Positions 49,851 through 61,142 are shown, numbered from the stretch's first letter. The stretch is DNA of 64,000 bases from Flectonema sp. DT1601 (GCA_964019425.1 OZ025781.1:1426001-1490000); one strand, 5' to 3'. Numbers and translations are program-made. The notes: generated from the letters alone by a model not told the origin.

Positions 49851-51796
49851 TTCAGTTAATACAATAAATGCCAATGTCGTATCATCGCAAATAATACTAT
49901 CAGTATTTTGCCGATGTCTAAAAGTAGCATTGTGCACTAGAGGAAGGAACACTCCCCTCTGGAAGTCTGTTATTATTGCTCTTCGTATTAGATACAAAAA
50001 AAAAACTTTTGCAGATGTCTGTGTCTTGTATCTTCAGGGAATGAAGCGAGACTTAGGTCATGTTTCTTTGTTCTCTACATAGGTATCGAAGATAACGTAA
50101 TCTGGCAATTGTTTTTTCATTATGTTTGGAATCAGTTAATTTCCTTTTTTCTTTTTTTTTTCTTCTTTTTTCCAAGTCTTTTCATTTGGAATTTTGGAAT
50201 TTACTTGGCGATACATGATGCCGATTAAGTGCTTTATTAAGTTTCCAAAAAGAAGAAAAAAAAAAGAAGAAGAAAAAGGAAAAAAAAAAAAAAAAAAAAG
50301 GCTTTTGTGCTGTCGCCCCTAGGGAAGAAACTCTTAACGCACTTGATCACCTGTCCAAAGGTGATCAAGTTTCTAAGGTGCGATGAGCAATGCATTTTAT
50401 TACGACGGACTAGATAAGCCTATTTTTTTTTTCCTTCTTAAACTCTTTCCTCTTCAATTCATTATTTTTTTTTCATTACCATTACAACAAAAGGGGGTGT
50501 TTTTTCGTGATTATATATTACGTACCTCACTTTTTTGACATTTAGTGGGGAAAATAGAAAACTACGACATTAGAAACGTTCCTTATTTTTATCATCTATA
50601 CTACTTGCTGTAAGGCATAAAAACTCAACCGACCAACTATGCGTACAAAAAAAAAAAAAAAAAAAAAAAAAGGAAAAAAACATTCGATACTCAGTTGTAT
50701 TGAGGTGAAGTCAACTGAGTTGTTTGCTTCAACGTACTTTTAATCTTTAGAGCCTGAGCTCTCAGAATAATAAGTCTTTTCACCTAGTCGCTTAACATTC
50801 CTAAAAGGATACGCGATATTGAATTTCTTTCTATTGTCTCTCCCAATTTTTTTTTTTAAAAATATTATTTATTAAAAAAAAAAAAAACTCTTGTTGATTT
50901 GTTGGCACACAATAATAAAAAACGAGAGCGATACGGCTTTAACTCTGTTTTTTTTTTTCGATACTACTTTTTTTTTTTTTCGGAGCTGTGTTTACATTTC
51001 ATTTTAAAAAAAAAAAAAAAGCTATATAATTTTTTTTGATGTTGTTTTTATTGGATACGCTAGATTAATAGTATGCAATCCATCTTGTTTAGAGAAAAAA
51101 CAACACAAGCTAATGCCCTCCGTTCTAAACTCTTTTTAGTGTTAAATTATTTTAAATCGATCTCCTGGTTTCTTTTTTTTCTCTCCTTCGTTTACTTTAC
51201 ATCGAACAAACTTATTTACCTGTTTGAGTACTAAGCATTATGAATTTTGATGTTCTTGCAAAGCTAGTGCTGCCTTTTTATAAACAAAAAAAAACATTTT
51301 TTCCCCCTCTTTTGGTTTCTTCTTCCCCACTCTTTTTTTTTGATGCTTATTATATTGTTATGTTTTGTGCCCCTCATTATTGAAGAATAAACGATTCACT
51401 GAGAAAGTGATTGCCCACTAAAAACTGTTCTTATTTTTAGCCAAAACGGCGGCAATTGCAAGTCAAGTTGTTGTGATTATTGTGTCGCTATCTAAGTTTT
51501 TTTTGTGTGGTCAAGCTGAAAGTGAATCTAGTACCCCTTCCCTTATTCTTAGTGTTCAAGCCTGAATTTCAATATCCGTTACTGCTGTGGTTCACTTCTG
51601 CTTTGGTCCCTTGCATTGTTTTACAAAAAAAAAATCTTCGCAGCCTCGGACCGGTCACAATAATTTGTGTTGTCAGGATGTGTGATCATATCTTTTTTTT
51701 TTTTTTTTTTTAAAACCGCCAAGTTAACCACGTACCCCCTTTGCTCATTCTTTTATAAAAAAAAAAATAAATTCTTTATCGTTGTTAAGAAGCCAA

Positions 51797-51848
51797 TGTA
51801 AGTTCTTCTTCGGAGGTTTGACTTCCCTAACTTCGATAAATAAATAAA
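51797..51848 (+). mobile_element. SINE-like repeat family, 3'-end-only copy with (TAAA)n tail
   Basis: TGTAAGTTCTTCTTCGGAGGTTTGACTTCCCTAACTTCGATAAATAAATAAA. Confidence 0.65.
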
Positions 51849-53588
51849 TTACTACCTTCGTTTTTTTTATACAGTGATCCCTTATTTTTATACTCATTCG
51901 TTATTCGCCACCCAATCACTGCGATTGTATCGCAGGGCTCCATCCAGTATTTTAGTTGTTGGTAAGAGTCCAAAGTAGTGAGACTCGCATCCAACTGGAA
52001 AAGAAAAAAAAACCCACTCTTCTGGCACAATGTGAAAAGTAGTCCCCCCCTTAATGAAAAACCTCTGTACAGTCAGGCTGTACAAGCGCGAGAAATACTC
52101 CCACATATTTTGCTTCTTTTTATTAGCGTAGGGATGTGTCCTGTATTGCCCGTTTTTTGTAGCCATGTTTGGTAACTTCCTATTGCGCCTATGTTTAACA
52201 ATACATACCTTTAGCACTGACTCTTACCCTTCTTCTGAGGGTGCTTTACTTGTTCAAGAAACGTCCTGGTAGCCGTTTAGTTTCATTACTCGAATGTGCG
52301 GCTAGGTTGGCCTTGACTTGACTAAGGAAAAAAAAAGAAACGACAAGAACAAAGTCTGAGAACACTTAAACTATTAAATAAGCCTCAAGAAAAGAAACTG
52401 AACTTTGACTTTTTGGTAACTCTTGCTAAGAAAAAAGAAGAAGAAGAGAAAAGAAAAAAAAGAAAACCTTTTTAGAATCCCTGCCATCTATGATCTGCCA
52501 AGTTGATTTTTGTGCTAATTGCTGTTTGCGCCTTCCAGAATGAAATTACTTACAGCCAGAGAGAGAGAGATTTAAGAAAAGAAAAAAAAAATAATAATAA
52601 TTAAAAAAAAAAACTGTAAGTAACTAATTCTATTCTAGTCATGTTCTTTTACTCTACTTGGCAACCAAGCTGCTGGTTGACTCCTCTGCAGTTGCAGTTC
52701 CCTCAGAAGCAACGGGGTTTATCCCAGATTTTCACTGTTTTCACTTCTGTGCTACTATTGATACGTGAGTATCGTCTTCCTTTTACATTTAATATGCTAT
52801 CTTTAAAAAAAAAAACAGAAATAAGAAAGAGAAACAGAAAATGCTATTTTTATTGCGAATTGCGGCAGATGTTGATTCTTCTTTCAGTATGCGCTGTTAG
52901 AACCTGCCCATTCCATTTTCCCTCTTACCTAAGTTTTTATCTCATTGATGTTTATCAGTTGCCTAGTTGCGTTATTCAGTTCTAAGATGATATCCTTTCC
53001 CATCCATTTTTTTTTTTTGTTATAGTGTATGGTGCAATACAATCTACACTTATATCAAAAAAAAATTTTTTTTTTAACTCCCCTTATTCAAGAAAAAAAA
53101 GAAGAAGAAAAACAAAATCGTTACTGAAAAGGCTATTTAGTGTTGTAAAAAAAAAAAAAAAAATCGAGATGGCGCTGTTTGTTTTGTTCTTAAAAAAGCA
53201 TAATTTTAAAACATTAATGAGATTGTACGATTTGCACGGATGCACCCTTCTTTCCATGGATGTCTTCCTTCACATTCCGTGCTTGCAGGGAAGGCAACTA
53301 GAATTGTTTTCCTATTGTCCTGTCATTTCCCCCCTTTGTTTCTTTGTCTTTCTACTGTAGTCTATTTTCTATTCCCTTTTTTGAAAAAAAATTCTTTTTA
53401 TAATATCAGGAGGTTAATCACACACGTGTTTACAAAACAACTTGGACATCGTGTAGGGCCTTTTGAATCGTAGTTGGATCTCTTTCCTTGAAAAGATAAT
53501 CATTGGCAAAAAAAAAAAAAAAAGCCATTTCTTTGAAACTATCTGCCTCATTATTTTTTATCCCTGTTCCTGTTCCTTTTTTTCCTTA

Positions 53589-53623
53589 GTGAGAGTCCTA
53601 GAGCTTGACTTCCTTGATTTCAA
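53589..53623 (+). mobile_element. SINE-like repeat family, internally deleted copy
   Basis: GTGAGAGTC-CTAGAGCTTGACTTCCTTGATTTCAA joins the GAGAGTC motif directly to the 3' motif. Confidence 0.5.
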
Positions 53624-54182
53624 CAAGTAAAGTGAAAATCCGGTAGTTTCGAATCGCTTGTCAATTTTCTTTGATTTCTTTGTATTTTGTTCCACTTCAT
53701 TTGAAGAGGAATGAGGTACGGAGATAATCTATTAATCTCGCCAGTTCATTCTGCATTATCTACCAGGAAGGGAGAGAAAAAAAAAAAAAAAAAAAAAAAA
53801 ACTATTGCTATCTGATTTGGTTTGCTGTTACTGCGGTATGAAAACCTCCTGGGAGTGACTATGTTCTCCTTGGGTGGCTAATTCATGTGTTTCAGTTGAA
53901 CTGATTGGACGTTGCAATTTTTTTTTTATTTAAATTTGCTTAAATAACGTTGTTGATTTCTATTGGTCGGCTCACCATAAACCCTTTTGGCACATCGGTT
54001 ATTATTTCTAGGAGGAATTTCATACTACTGCTTTGTCACGTTCAAAGCTAACTTCCAACTGGTTTTGCCACACTTCTACGCGAAAAGAAAAAAAAAATCT
54101 TTTGAGAAAACTGTTTCTACTATTTCATTTCTTTCATTTTTATATAAAACGAAAAAACCTCAATGGTCCAAAATGGGAAAGG

Positions 54183-54215
<33 letters not shown>

Positions 54216-57200
54216 GTAACCTGTTTTTGGTTGCCAAACATAATAAGCTGAAAATATCAGCCCAAAAGTCTTTTTTTTTTTTTTTTTTTTTTTTGTTGTT
54301 GTTCATTTTTGATCCTTGTTTAAGCATTGGAAGTCTTTGCCAACCTGGATCAATATTTTATGTTTTTGCGATGGTGACATATTTTGATTGGATGGGCAGC
54401 AACAACAACAACAACAACTATCATGCATTTCCTTTTGTTTGTGTCTTAACAAGCATTGGAGTTCTGATGTGAGAATAATTGATATATAAATTCTCTCAAA
54501 TCGCATGACCGATAAATCAGAGTTTTCACGCATGAAGTTGACAAAGTGTTGTTTTCTTCTTACCCCTTGTCCGAGTGCCTTTGCAAAGCAACCAGGTAGT
54601 ATTTGGCGCTGCAGCTATTCGCAGTCGCTGTTCTTTACTTGTTATTATTATTATTATTATTTGAAGGCAAACTTTTATCATTCTTAACATGTAGTACAGT
54701 CCTATATTGTTTTTGTTTCTACCAACGATTTATCTTCTATGCCCTTTTATTTTTTTTTGCTTTTTTTTATTAGCTTCCGAATACTTTTGAAAAGGAAAAC
54801 TTCTTTAGCGGCAGCAAGTCTTGTCTAATTCAGTCTCGCTGACCACTGTATCTTATTTATTATTTATTTTTGTTCCTGCCTTTTTTTTTTTTTTTTTTTT
54901 TTGGTATTATATCTTTGTGCTCTTAAAACCGTTGAAGTCGATGAATGCCAGAGAAAACAACAACCAAAAAAAAAAAAAAAAAGTTTTTTTTTTTTCTAAA
55001 AAAAAAAAAAAAACTACGATAAAAGAGAAAAGAAGATTTTAACTAAAGTTAAAGCACGTCGATTTTAGGTTCAGCTTTTTCTGTATCAACCGAAAAGCAA
55101 GCGCCTTGTTCGTCAAAGGTGAAGCTTTCTGTTTAGCACCTGTTGGAGTGAATCTTCTTTTGTTTACTTCATTTTCTTTTTATCCTTTCTTCCCTTATTT
55201 CCTGTGCCGCTACTCATTTTCGACAATATCTTGTTGGTAACATAGCAAGGTCCGTCAAAAGGGGAGTATAACTCGGCTAGGCATAAAGTCTTATTGGACC
55301 AAAACTGCTTTCCTGTCTTCTTGAACAAGACTCAGTCACCTACAAACACTTTGGGACAGAATATGCAAAGATACGAAACGCGTACCTTTGGCGCGGTGCA
55401 CCATAGATCTGTTCTTTTTGTCTGAGTGTTTTGTAGTGCTTTGACTGACTGTTTTTGTCGTTTTTCACGTGTACTTTTTAATCATGTGTGTTTTATTACA
55501 TTTTTTTTCTTCATTATTTGCAATTTTTTCGTGCATTTCAAAACAAAAAAAAAGAATCCAAAAGACGCGAAAAAATTGAGTGTGTTTCTGGCTCCCATTA
55601 GGCCAGTTATAAATATTTTCTATTTTGCAACTTGAGTTGCTTATGCAGAATGCGTTGATTGCAATATTTTGAAACATTGCTGCAATTAAGGTGTTCCCAC
55701 AGGGAAAAAAAAGAAAAAAGAAAATACATTTTTTTTAATAGAAACAATCATGCAAACAGTATCATCTCGTAAAAATAATTCAATCAACAATCTGCAATGG
55801 AAAAATGTATTACTAATCATCCTTGTTAGTTGTTCAAGGCAGCTTTAGCCTTCATCATCTCCAATAGCCATCACACAATAGTGAGATAGGAAGAAAAAGA
55901 GAAAGCAACCAAAAAAAAAAAAAAAGGAAAAAAAAAAAGAAAACAAAAAATAAATTAGGAAAAACATTGGCTTCTTCTTTTCACCTTAACAGAGAATTTG
56001 CGACCTGTTGAGTTTATCTTGGCTATTGTTCCTTCCCTGTTCCCGTTTCCCCTTCCCCTGCCTCAAAAAAAAATCTATTTACCTCACATGCTGCATCCTT
56101 TTGCAAGTGGTCCCATGCCATTAGCAAACAGAGTAGTGTGATGGAGTTTTTGAACATTACAAAAAAATAAAAATGAATAAAAAAATAACAACGCTAGCAA
56201 CTTATCCGTACTCTGTTTTCATGAAGTTCGGCTGCAACCCCTCTATTGGCTGGGTTGTCCAGTAATGACGGTTTGCTCTTATACATGCAGCACGCTCGAC
56301 TCTAACAGCAGGAAAAAAAAAAAAGAAAAAAGAAAAAAGAGTAACGCAACAACATTCTACTATGTGCGGTAGCTATAGTCACGGAATTGATTTCTCAGGC
56401 CTGAGGATCTAGCAACCACTATAGCAAAATGATCTCCCTTTCCCTTTTGAGAGATTTTTTTTTTTTTTTTGTTTGTTTTTTCAACTCTATGAGAACGACT
56501 TTCCCTTCTTACGGAGTATTTAATCCCATATTACTGGAATAGTGGTCTCTTTTTTATCCTCTGCTTCACTCCTCCTTTTGTAGCAGCAGGTCCCTGGTAC
56601 TTGAACTTTTTTTGAAGAAAAAAGAAAAAAAAAAACAGCAATGAGATATATAAAAAAAAAAAAAAAATAACTCTCTCTGGTACCTAAAGAAGTAAACTAC
56701 AAAAGAACTCCCTGGATATGATAATAGTCGCGTCAGGGTCTGTTCAAGCGATTATAGTCGAGGTAAGTTCCACAGTTTGTGTTTGTTTCTCAGAAGGAAA
56801 AAAAAAAAAAAAAAAAAACCTCCCTTCTCCCTGAGCTAGAAGAGAATGAGTTAGCTTTGCGATATGATGAATATAATGAAATAGGCCTCTTGTTCCACAT
56901 ACTATTATTCGAATGTGGTTGTGCTGTATCTTGATAGCACTTGAGATTGCTTCACCTCAGGTTCATGTACGAAATGGTGAGCAACGGCTATTAATGAAAG
57001 AAAAAGAAAAAAATATGCCCTTTTTTTTTTTCGGAGAAAAAAAAAAAACAAAAAAAAACGATAAAGAGGATCTAGTAAAGAACACAACCACCATCCCCTC
57101 CCGAGAAACACAGACAAAATTCACAGAACGAAAAAACGAACAGAACGAAAAAGCGAAGAAGCAACGAAGAGAAGTGAGAAATATAAAACTATTCTTCATC

Positions 57201-57262
57201 TCGCGTCCCCCAAGTACTTCTATTTCTCTTCTATGCCCCCTTCCCGGAAAACTGCCAACTCG

Positions 57263-57580
57263 GTAAGTTAGCAGCACTCGTGGTGCCAATTTGTGTTTGA
57301 AAATTACTTCGCGTTTTTAGTACATTCATTTCAACAGTAAACACACCATATGCTGATGATAGGACGCGAGTTGTTGGAGGGGAACACAGACAGTATTAGT
57401 AAGTAAGGTGAGTGATGTCTGAATATTGAAAAAGATAGCGATTCCTTTAGATTAGAAACAGTTCATTCATTTCTCAGTAGGAACTCCATGTATGTAAGAA
57501 TAGGAGCTGGTGTGTTTAATTTCTGTTTGCTTGGCGACATAGGAAATGAAACCTTAACCTTTACTTTTTCTTCATAACAG
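57263..57580 (+). other. Probable GT-AG intron in the 5' UTR of the carrier gene (or a trans-splice acceptor at 57580)
   Basis: Donor G|GTAAGT at 57263; branch-like CCTTAAC at 57552-57558; pyrimidine tract and AACAG acceptor ending at 57580; 35-nt A-rich leader to the ATG at 57616. Confidence 0.55.
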
Positions 57581-57615
57581 AACTTTCAAAGAAAGAAAAC
57601 CAAAACATAATAAAA

Positions 57616-58569
57616 ATGCCCTCCCCAGCAATTGAGGCATTCGCAGGAGCGGTTGGTGGATGCACCGCACTAGCCACGACGTATCCACTTCAGACAATTG
57701 CATCATTAGCACAGATGCACAATAAAGCACCTGAAAGGGAGCTGAAACGGAGATGTGAAGCCACTACTGATTCGGCCTCAGAAGACAGTGTTGGTCATGA
57801 AGACGAGACACCTATTCAGGGAAAGGGATCTTTCGAAGCAGTTTTAGAAATTATAAAGAAAGAAGGAGTCGGGCGGTTGTATCGGGGTCTTGGAAGCGCT
57901 CTTTGGGGGCAGATGGTAATTCAGGCAGTTTATTATTATTTCTACTCCGCCGCACAACGTATGCTGATGTCCGCAAAGGGCGGAAAGGCACTAACCACTC
58001 TCGACCACACACTGGCAGCGACATTAGCTGGCGCTACGGGTGCGACTCTAACTAACCCAATTTGGGTGGTTGCAACACGTGCTATCAAAACCGGTAGCAA
58101 AAAGGGTACTGTTCCCCTTCTAAAGGAATTATATGAAGAGGATGGTCTTGCAGGTTTGTTTAGAGGATTAGGGCCTGCGTTGATTCTTGTAAGTAATCCA
58201 ACCATTCAGTATTCGGTATTTGAAAAATTAAAGCAACTGTTCACGAAGAGCAACAGTAAACTAGGCAACGGTGAACTCTTTGTCCTCGGTGCCATGGGAA
58301 AGATTGCAGCTACTCTTGTTACGTACCCTTACATTATGGCAAAAACAACTTTACAGTCACAAACTGATAAGGAAGACTCAGCAACACACTACTCTTCAAC
58401 TGGACAGTGCCTTGTTGGTGTCTATGAGCGTGAAGGGCTCGGAGGTCTCTACTCAGGTTTGAACAGCAAGCTCTGGCAGTCTGTTTTGACTGCTGCTTTG
58501 TTGTTTGTTCTTCAAAAGAGATGTCTTCAATTGGTTGTTTACTTGTTAAAGAAGACTAAAAGAATTTAA
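57616..58569 (+). CDS. Mitochondrial-carrier-family protein of the peroxisomal type (SLC25A17/PMP34/PMP47/PXN-like adenine nucleotide/CoA/NAD carrier)
   Basis: Three carrier repeats: TTYPLQTI, LTNPIWVVATR, VTYPYIMAKTTLQ. E-G-x-x-x-L-[YF]-[RS]-G-L motifs. GPALILVSNPTIQYSVFEKLK and KLWQSVLTAALLF are typical of the peroxisomal subfamily. Confidence 0.9.
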   Translation: MPSPAIEAFAGAVGGCTALATTYPLQTIASLAQMHNKAPERELKRRCEATTDSASEDSVGHEDETPIQGKGSFEAVLEIIKKEGVGRLYRGLGSALWGQMVIQAVYYYFYSAAQRMLMSAKGGKALTTLDHTLAATLAGATGATLTNPIWVVATRAIKTGSKKGTVPLLKELYEEDGLAGLFRGLGPALILVSNPTIQYSVFEKLKQLFTKSNSKLGNGELFVLGAMGKIAATLVTYPYIMAKTTLQSQTDKEDSATHYSSTGQCLVGVYEREGLGGLYSGLNSKLWQSVLTAALLFVLQKRCLQLVVYLLKKTKRI

Positions 58570-60674
58570 ATTCCTTACGAACAGATCCTGTTAACAGCCT
58601 TCCATCTTACTACTAACTCAACAACGACTTGATTTTGAAAATCTTATTCTCTAATAATGTTTAACTTAATAAGATTATAATAAAAAGGTTTATTAGTGAA
58701 AAAACCTTGTGTGTTATGTTTGTGTGTGAGATTTTAAACTTCACAAAAAGAGCGTGGCGTAAAAAGAGCTTTTCAGTTCATTTGTCACGATTGGAATACA
58801 CAAAAAGGACTAAGCACCTTGTATTGCAAGCTTTTTTGAGAGCTTTGTATCCCGTATTTTGGATATAGTCTAGTTTGGTAGGCACCACATACGAGAAAAA
58901 TCAACAAAAAGTGAAGAACTGTCATTTGTCGATAGCGATACTGCTGTTCCTGCTTTTCTCTGCACTGGTTACTAGTCATAGTTGTCTTCTTGTACCTTAG
59001 CTGTCGTTTTACATTTTTGTTCATTTTTAGTTTCCTTTTGTTGTGTCGTGAAAGTGTTTGGTTAGCGATTATTGCGATGTGCTACTGGTTTGTATTTCCT
59101 AAAAAGCTCAGCGTACTGTATACTACTGAACTGATTTCTTCAGCAAGCACGCAGGTATCGCTCTCTCCGTCCCCGTGCGCGTGTGTTTTTCTTTAATTTG
59201 GTATGGTTTTTTTCTTTTCCCCATCTCATACCCTTCATTTTTGTTTTGTTGTTGCACTTCCCGCTTCTTTCGGAGCTAATGTCCCCAATGCATAGCACCG
59301 TTGAATCCCGTTCCTTTTATTTTTTCCATCCTAAAAATAATTACTGGTAATGAGAAAAATAGAAGTTGTCGGGCAAGGCCGTGACTCTATTGTGTTCTTA
59401 GCTGTCGTGTTGTCGTACAAAGAGATACAACAACGGTATTTCTTGTTGCATTCAATCAAATCATCATCCCCCTTTCACCTCAAAAAAAAAAAAAAAAAAA
59501 AAAAAAAGGAAAGGAAACAAACTCATGAAAACAACAATCACACAATAATTGTTGTTAGCTACATGTGGCCCGTGTTTTGCCTTTTTTTTTTGAGTCCTGC
59601 TAGTGGTACGACAGCCACCGATATGGTGCTGTGAAGAGGCAGCTTTACATTCATTGGGTAGGTATACCACCTCCCATTATTTTATCTTGATTTGTTTTTC
59701 TTGCTTTAACACAGCTGTGTGTGTGTTGTATTTGTAAACGTATTTTCAAAATATATTTTTTCTCTTCGCTTCTCCGTAGAAGCACTGTAACGATTTTTCC
59801 CTTTTTCACTTTCCTTGTGGTCAACATTTTTTTCTGTAATGTGATTGCTTTCTGGATTGCCATTCGTGTATCCACGGAGAGTAGGTACACCACCTCTCTC
59901 TGAAATACTCCTTTCTTTTTTTTTTTCCCCCCCTCTCTTTTTTTTTTTGTTTTCTTTTTTAAAATGAACGTGAAATTCCATCTCACAGTGATATCAGTAC
60001 GAGAAGTATCACTCTTCTACAAGTGAATTATCTGAGCTTTGAAAGCAACGAATCTCAGATAATTACGGACGAAGCATGTTCTGAACTGTACTTCCCTTCG
60101 TTGATTATGCTCATAATCAACGTGCAAATGACTACGGGGGAAAAGAAAAAAAAAAAAAAAAACTAAAACGACATATGTGGAGTCGCATTATTCAGTCGAT
60201 TCATCCCCCTTGGATTATTAAATAAATATAATTATAATGAAAATAAAAAAACAGAAACAATGAAGACAACTCTCGCAAGTCAATACTATTTTTAATCTTG
60301 TTTTGGATGAATCTTCGGATTATTATAATAGAAAGGAATTGTATTGTTGTCAAGTGAGTGCCACCTCCCCTTTTGGGAGGGAAAAAAAAAAATGATGTAG
60401 TGAGTTTGTTATTTTTGTCGCCTTTTAGTTACTTGTTTATCATTACCTAACAAGGTGGAAACACCTTTAAGGCAGCAACAAGTAATTAGTGTTAGTTATA
60501 ACCTTTTTACTAATATCATTAATTCTTCAGAATGACTTCACTGAACTATGTGGGTAACATTAGTTAGTTAGTCTGTGTTATGACTACAACACATTCTGGT
60601 TATAAAGGTTGGGTTGTTCTAAAGTGTTATCTTTCCCCATTCAGGAGTTATATCTTCCAGTTTTTTTATATAAA

Positions 60675-61142
60675 ATGCCTGCAGTTGTCGCCCAGTCCGG
60701 AGATGAGTTCCAGCACATGTTGCGTGTGATGAACACTAACGTTGACGGTAAGGAGAAGGTTCCATTCGCCATGAGAAGAGTTAAGGGTGTTGGTAGACGT
60801 CTCGCTGTTATGGCCTGCAAGAGAGCCGGAGTTGACCAGCACAGAAGAGCCGGTACCCTCTCAAACGATGAGATCGAGAGAGTTGTCTCAGTGTTGGCCA
60901 AGCCAGAGGACTTCAAGATCCCAACTTGGTTTTTGAACAGAAAGAAGGACCCAAAGACCGGTGGAACCATGCAGTTGTTGTCCAACGGTGTTGACTCAAA
61001 GCTTCGTGAGGATCTTGACCGTTTGAGAAAGATGAGAAACCACAGAGGTCTTCGTCACGCTTGGGGTCTCCGTGTCAGAGGTCAACACACCAAGACCACC
61101 GGAAGACGTGGACGTACCGTTGGTGTCTCCAAGAAGAAGTAA
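60675..61142 (+). CDS. RPS18: 40S ribosomal protein S18 (uS13), 155 aa
   Basis: [14 protein letters not shown]...KGVGRR...RAGTLS...[13 protein letters not shown]...[33 protein letters not shown]. The true ATG is 60675, after acceptor-like TTCAG (60644) and TTCCAG (60660). The track's start at 60609 is a TTG extension. Strongly biased, high-expression codon usage. Confidence 0.97.
   Translation: MPAVVAQSGDEFQHMLRVMNTNVDGKEKVPFAMRRVKGVGRRLAVMACKRAGVDQHRRAGTLSNDEIERVVSVLAKPEDFKIPTWFLNRKKDPKTGGTMQLLSNGVDSKLREDLDRLRKMRNHRGLRHAWGLRVRGQHTKTTGRRGRTVGVSKKK

Noticed and set aside
54721..54732. ACCAACGATTTA, similar to the start of a diplonemid spliced leader as I recall it
   Set aside because: Only 12 nt; the conserved TTTCTGTACTTTATTG/GTA portion is absent.
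6411..57289. Roughly 140 short ORFs in the track within the desert (poly-Phe/poly-Lys rich)
   Set aside because: They are translations of poly-T/poly-A tracts, often with non-ATG starts, and show no recognisable motifs or coding-like composition.
60609..60674. N-terminal extension of RPS18 given by the ORF track
   Set aside because: It starts at TTG and spans splice-acceptor-like sequence; homology and codon bias begin at ATG 60675.
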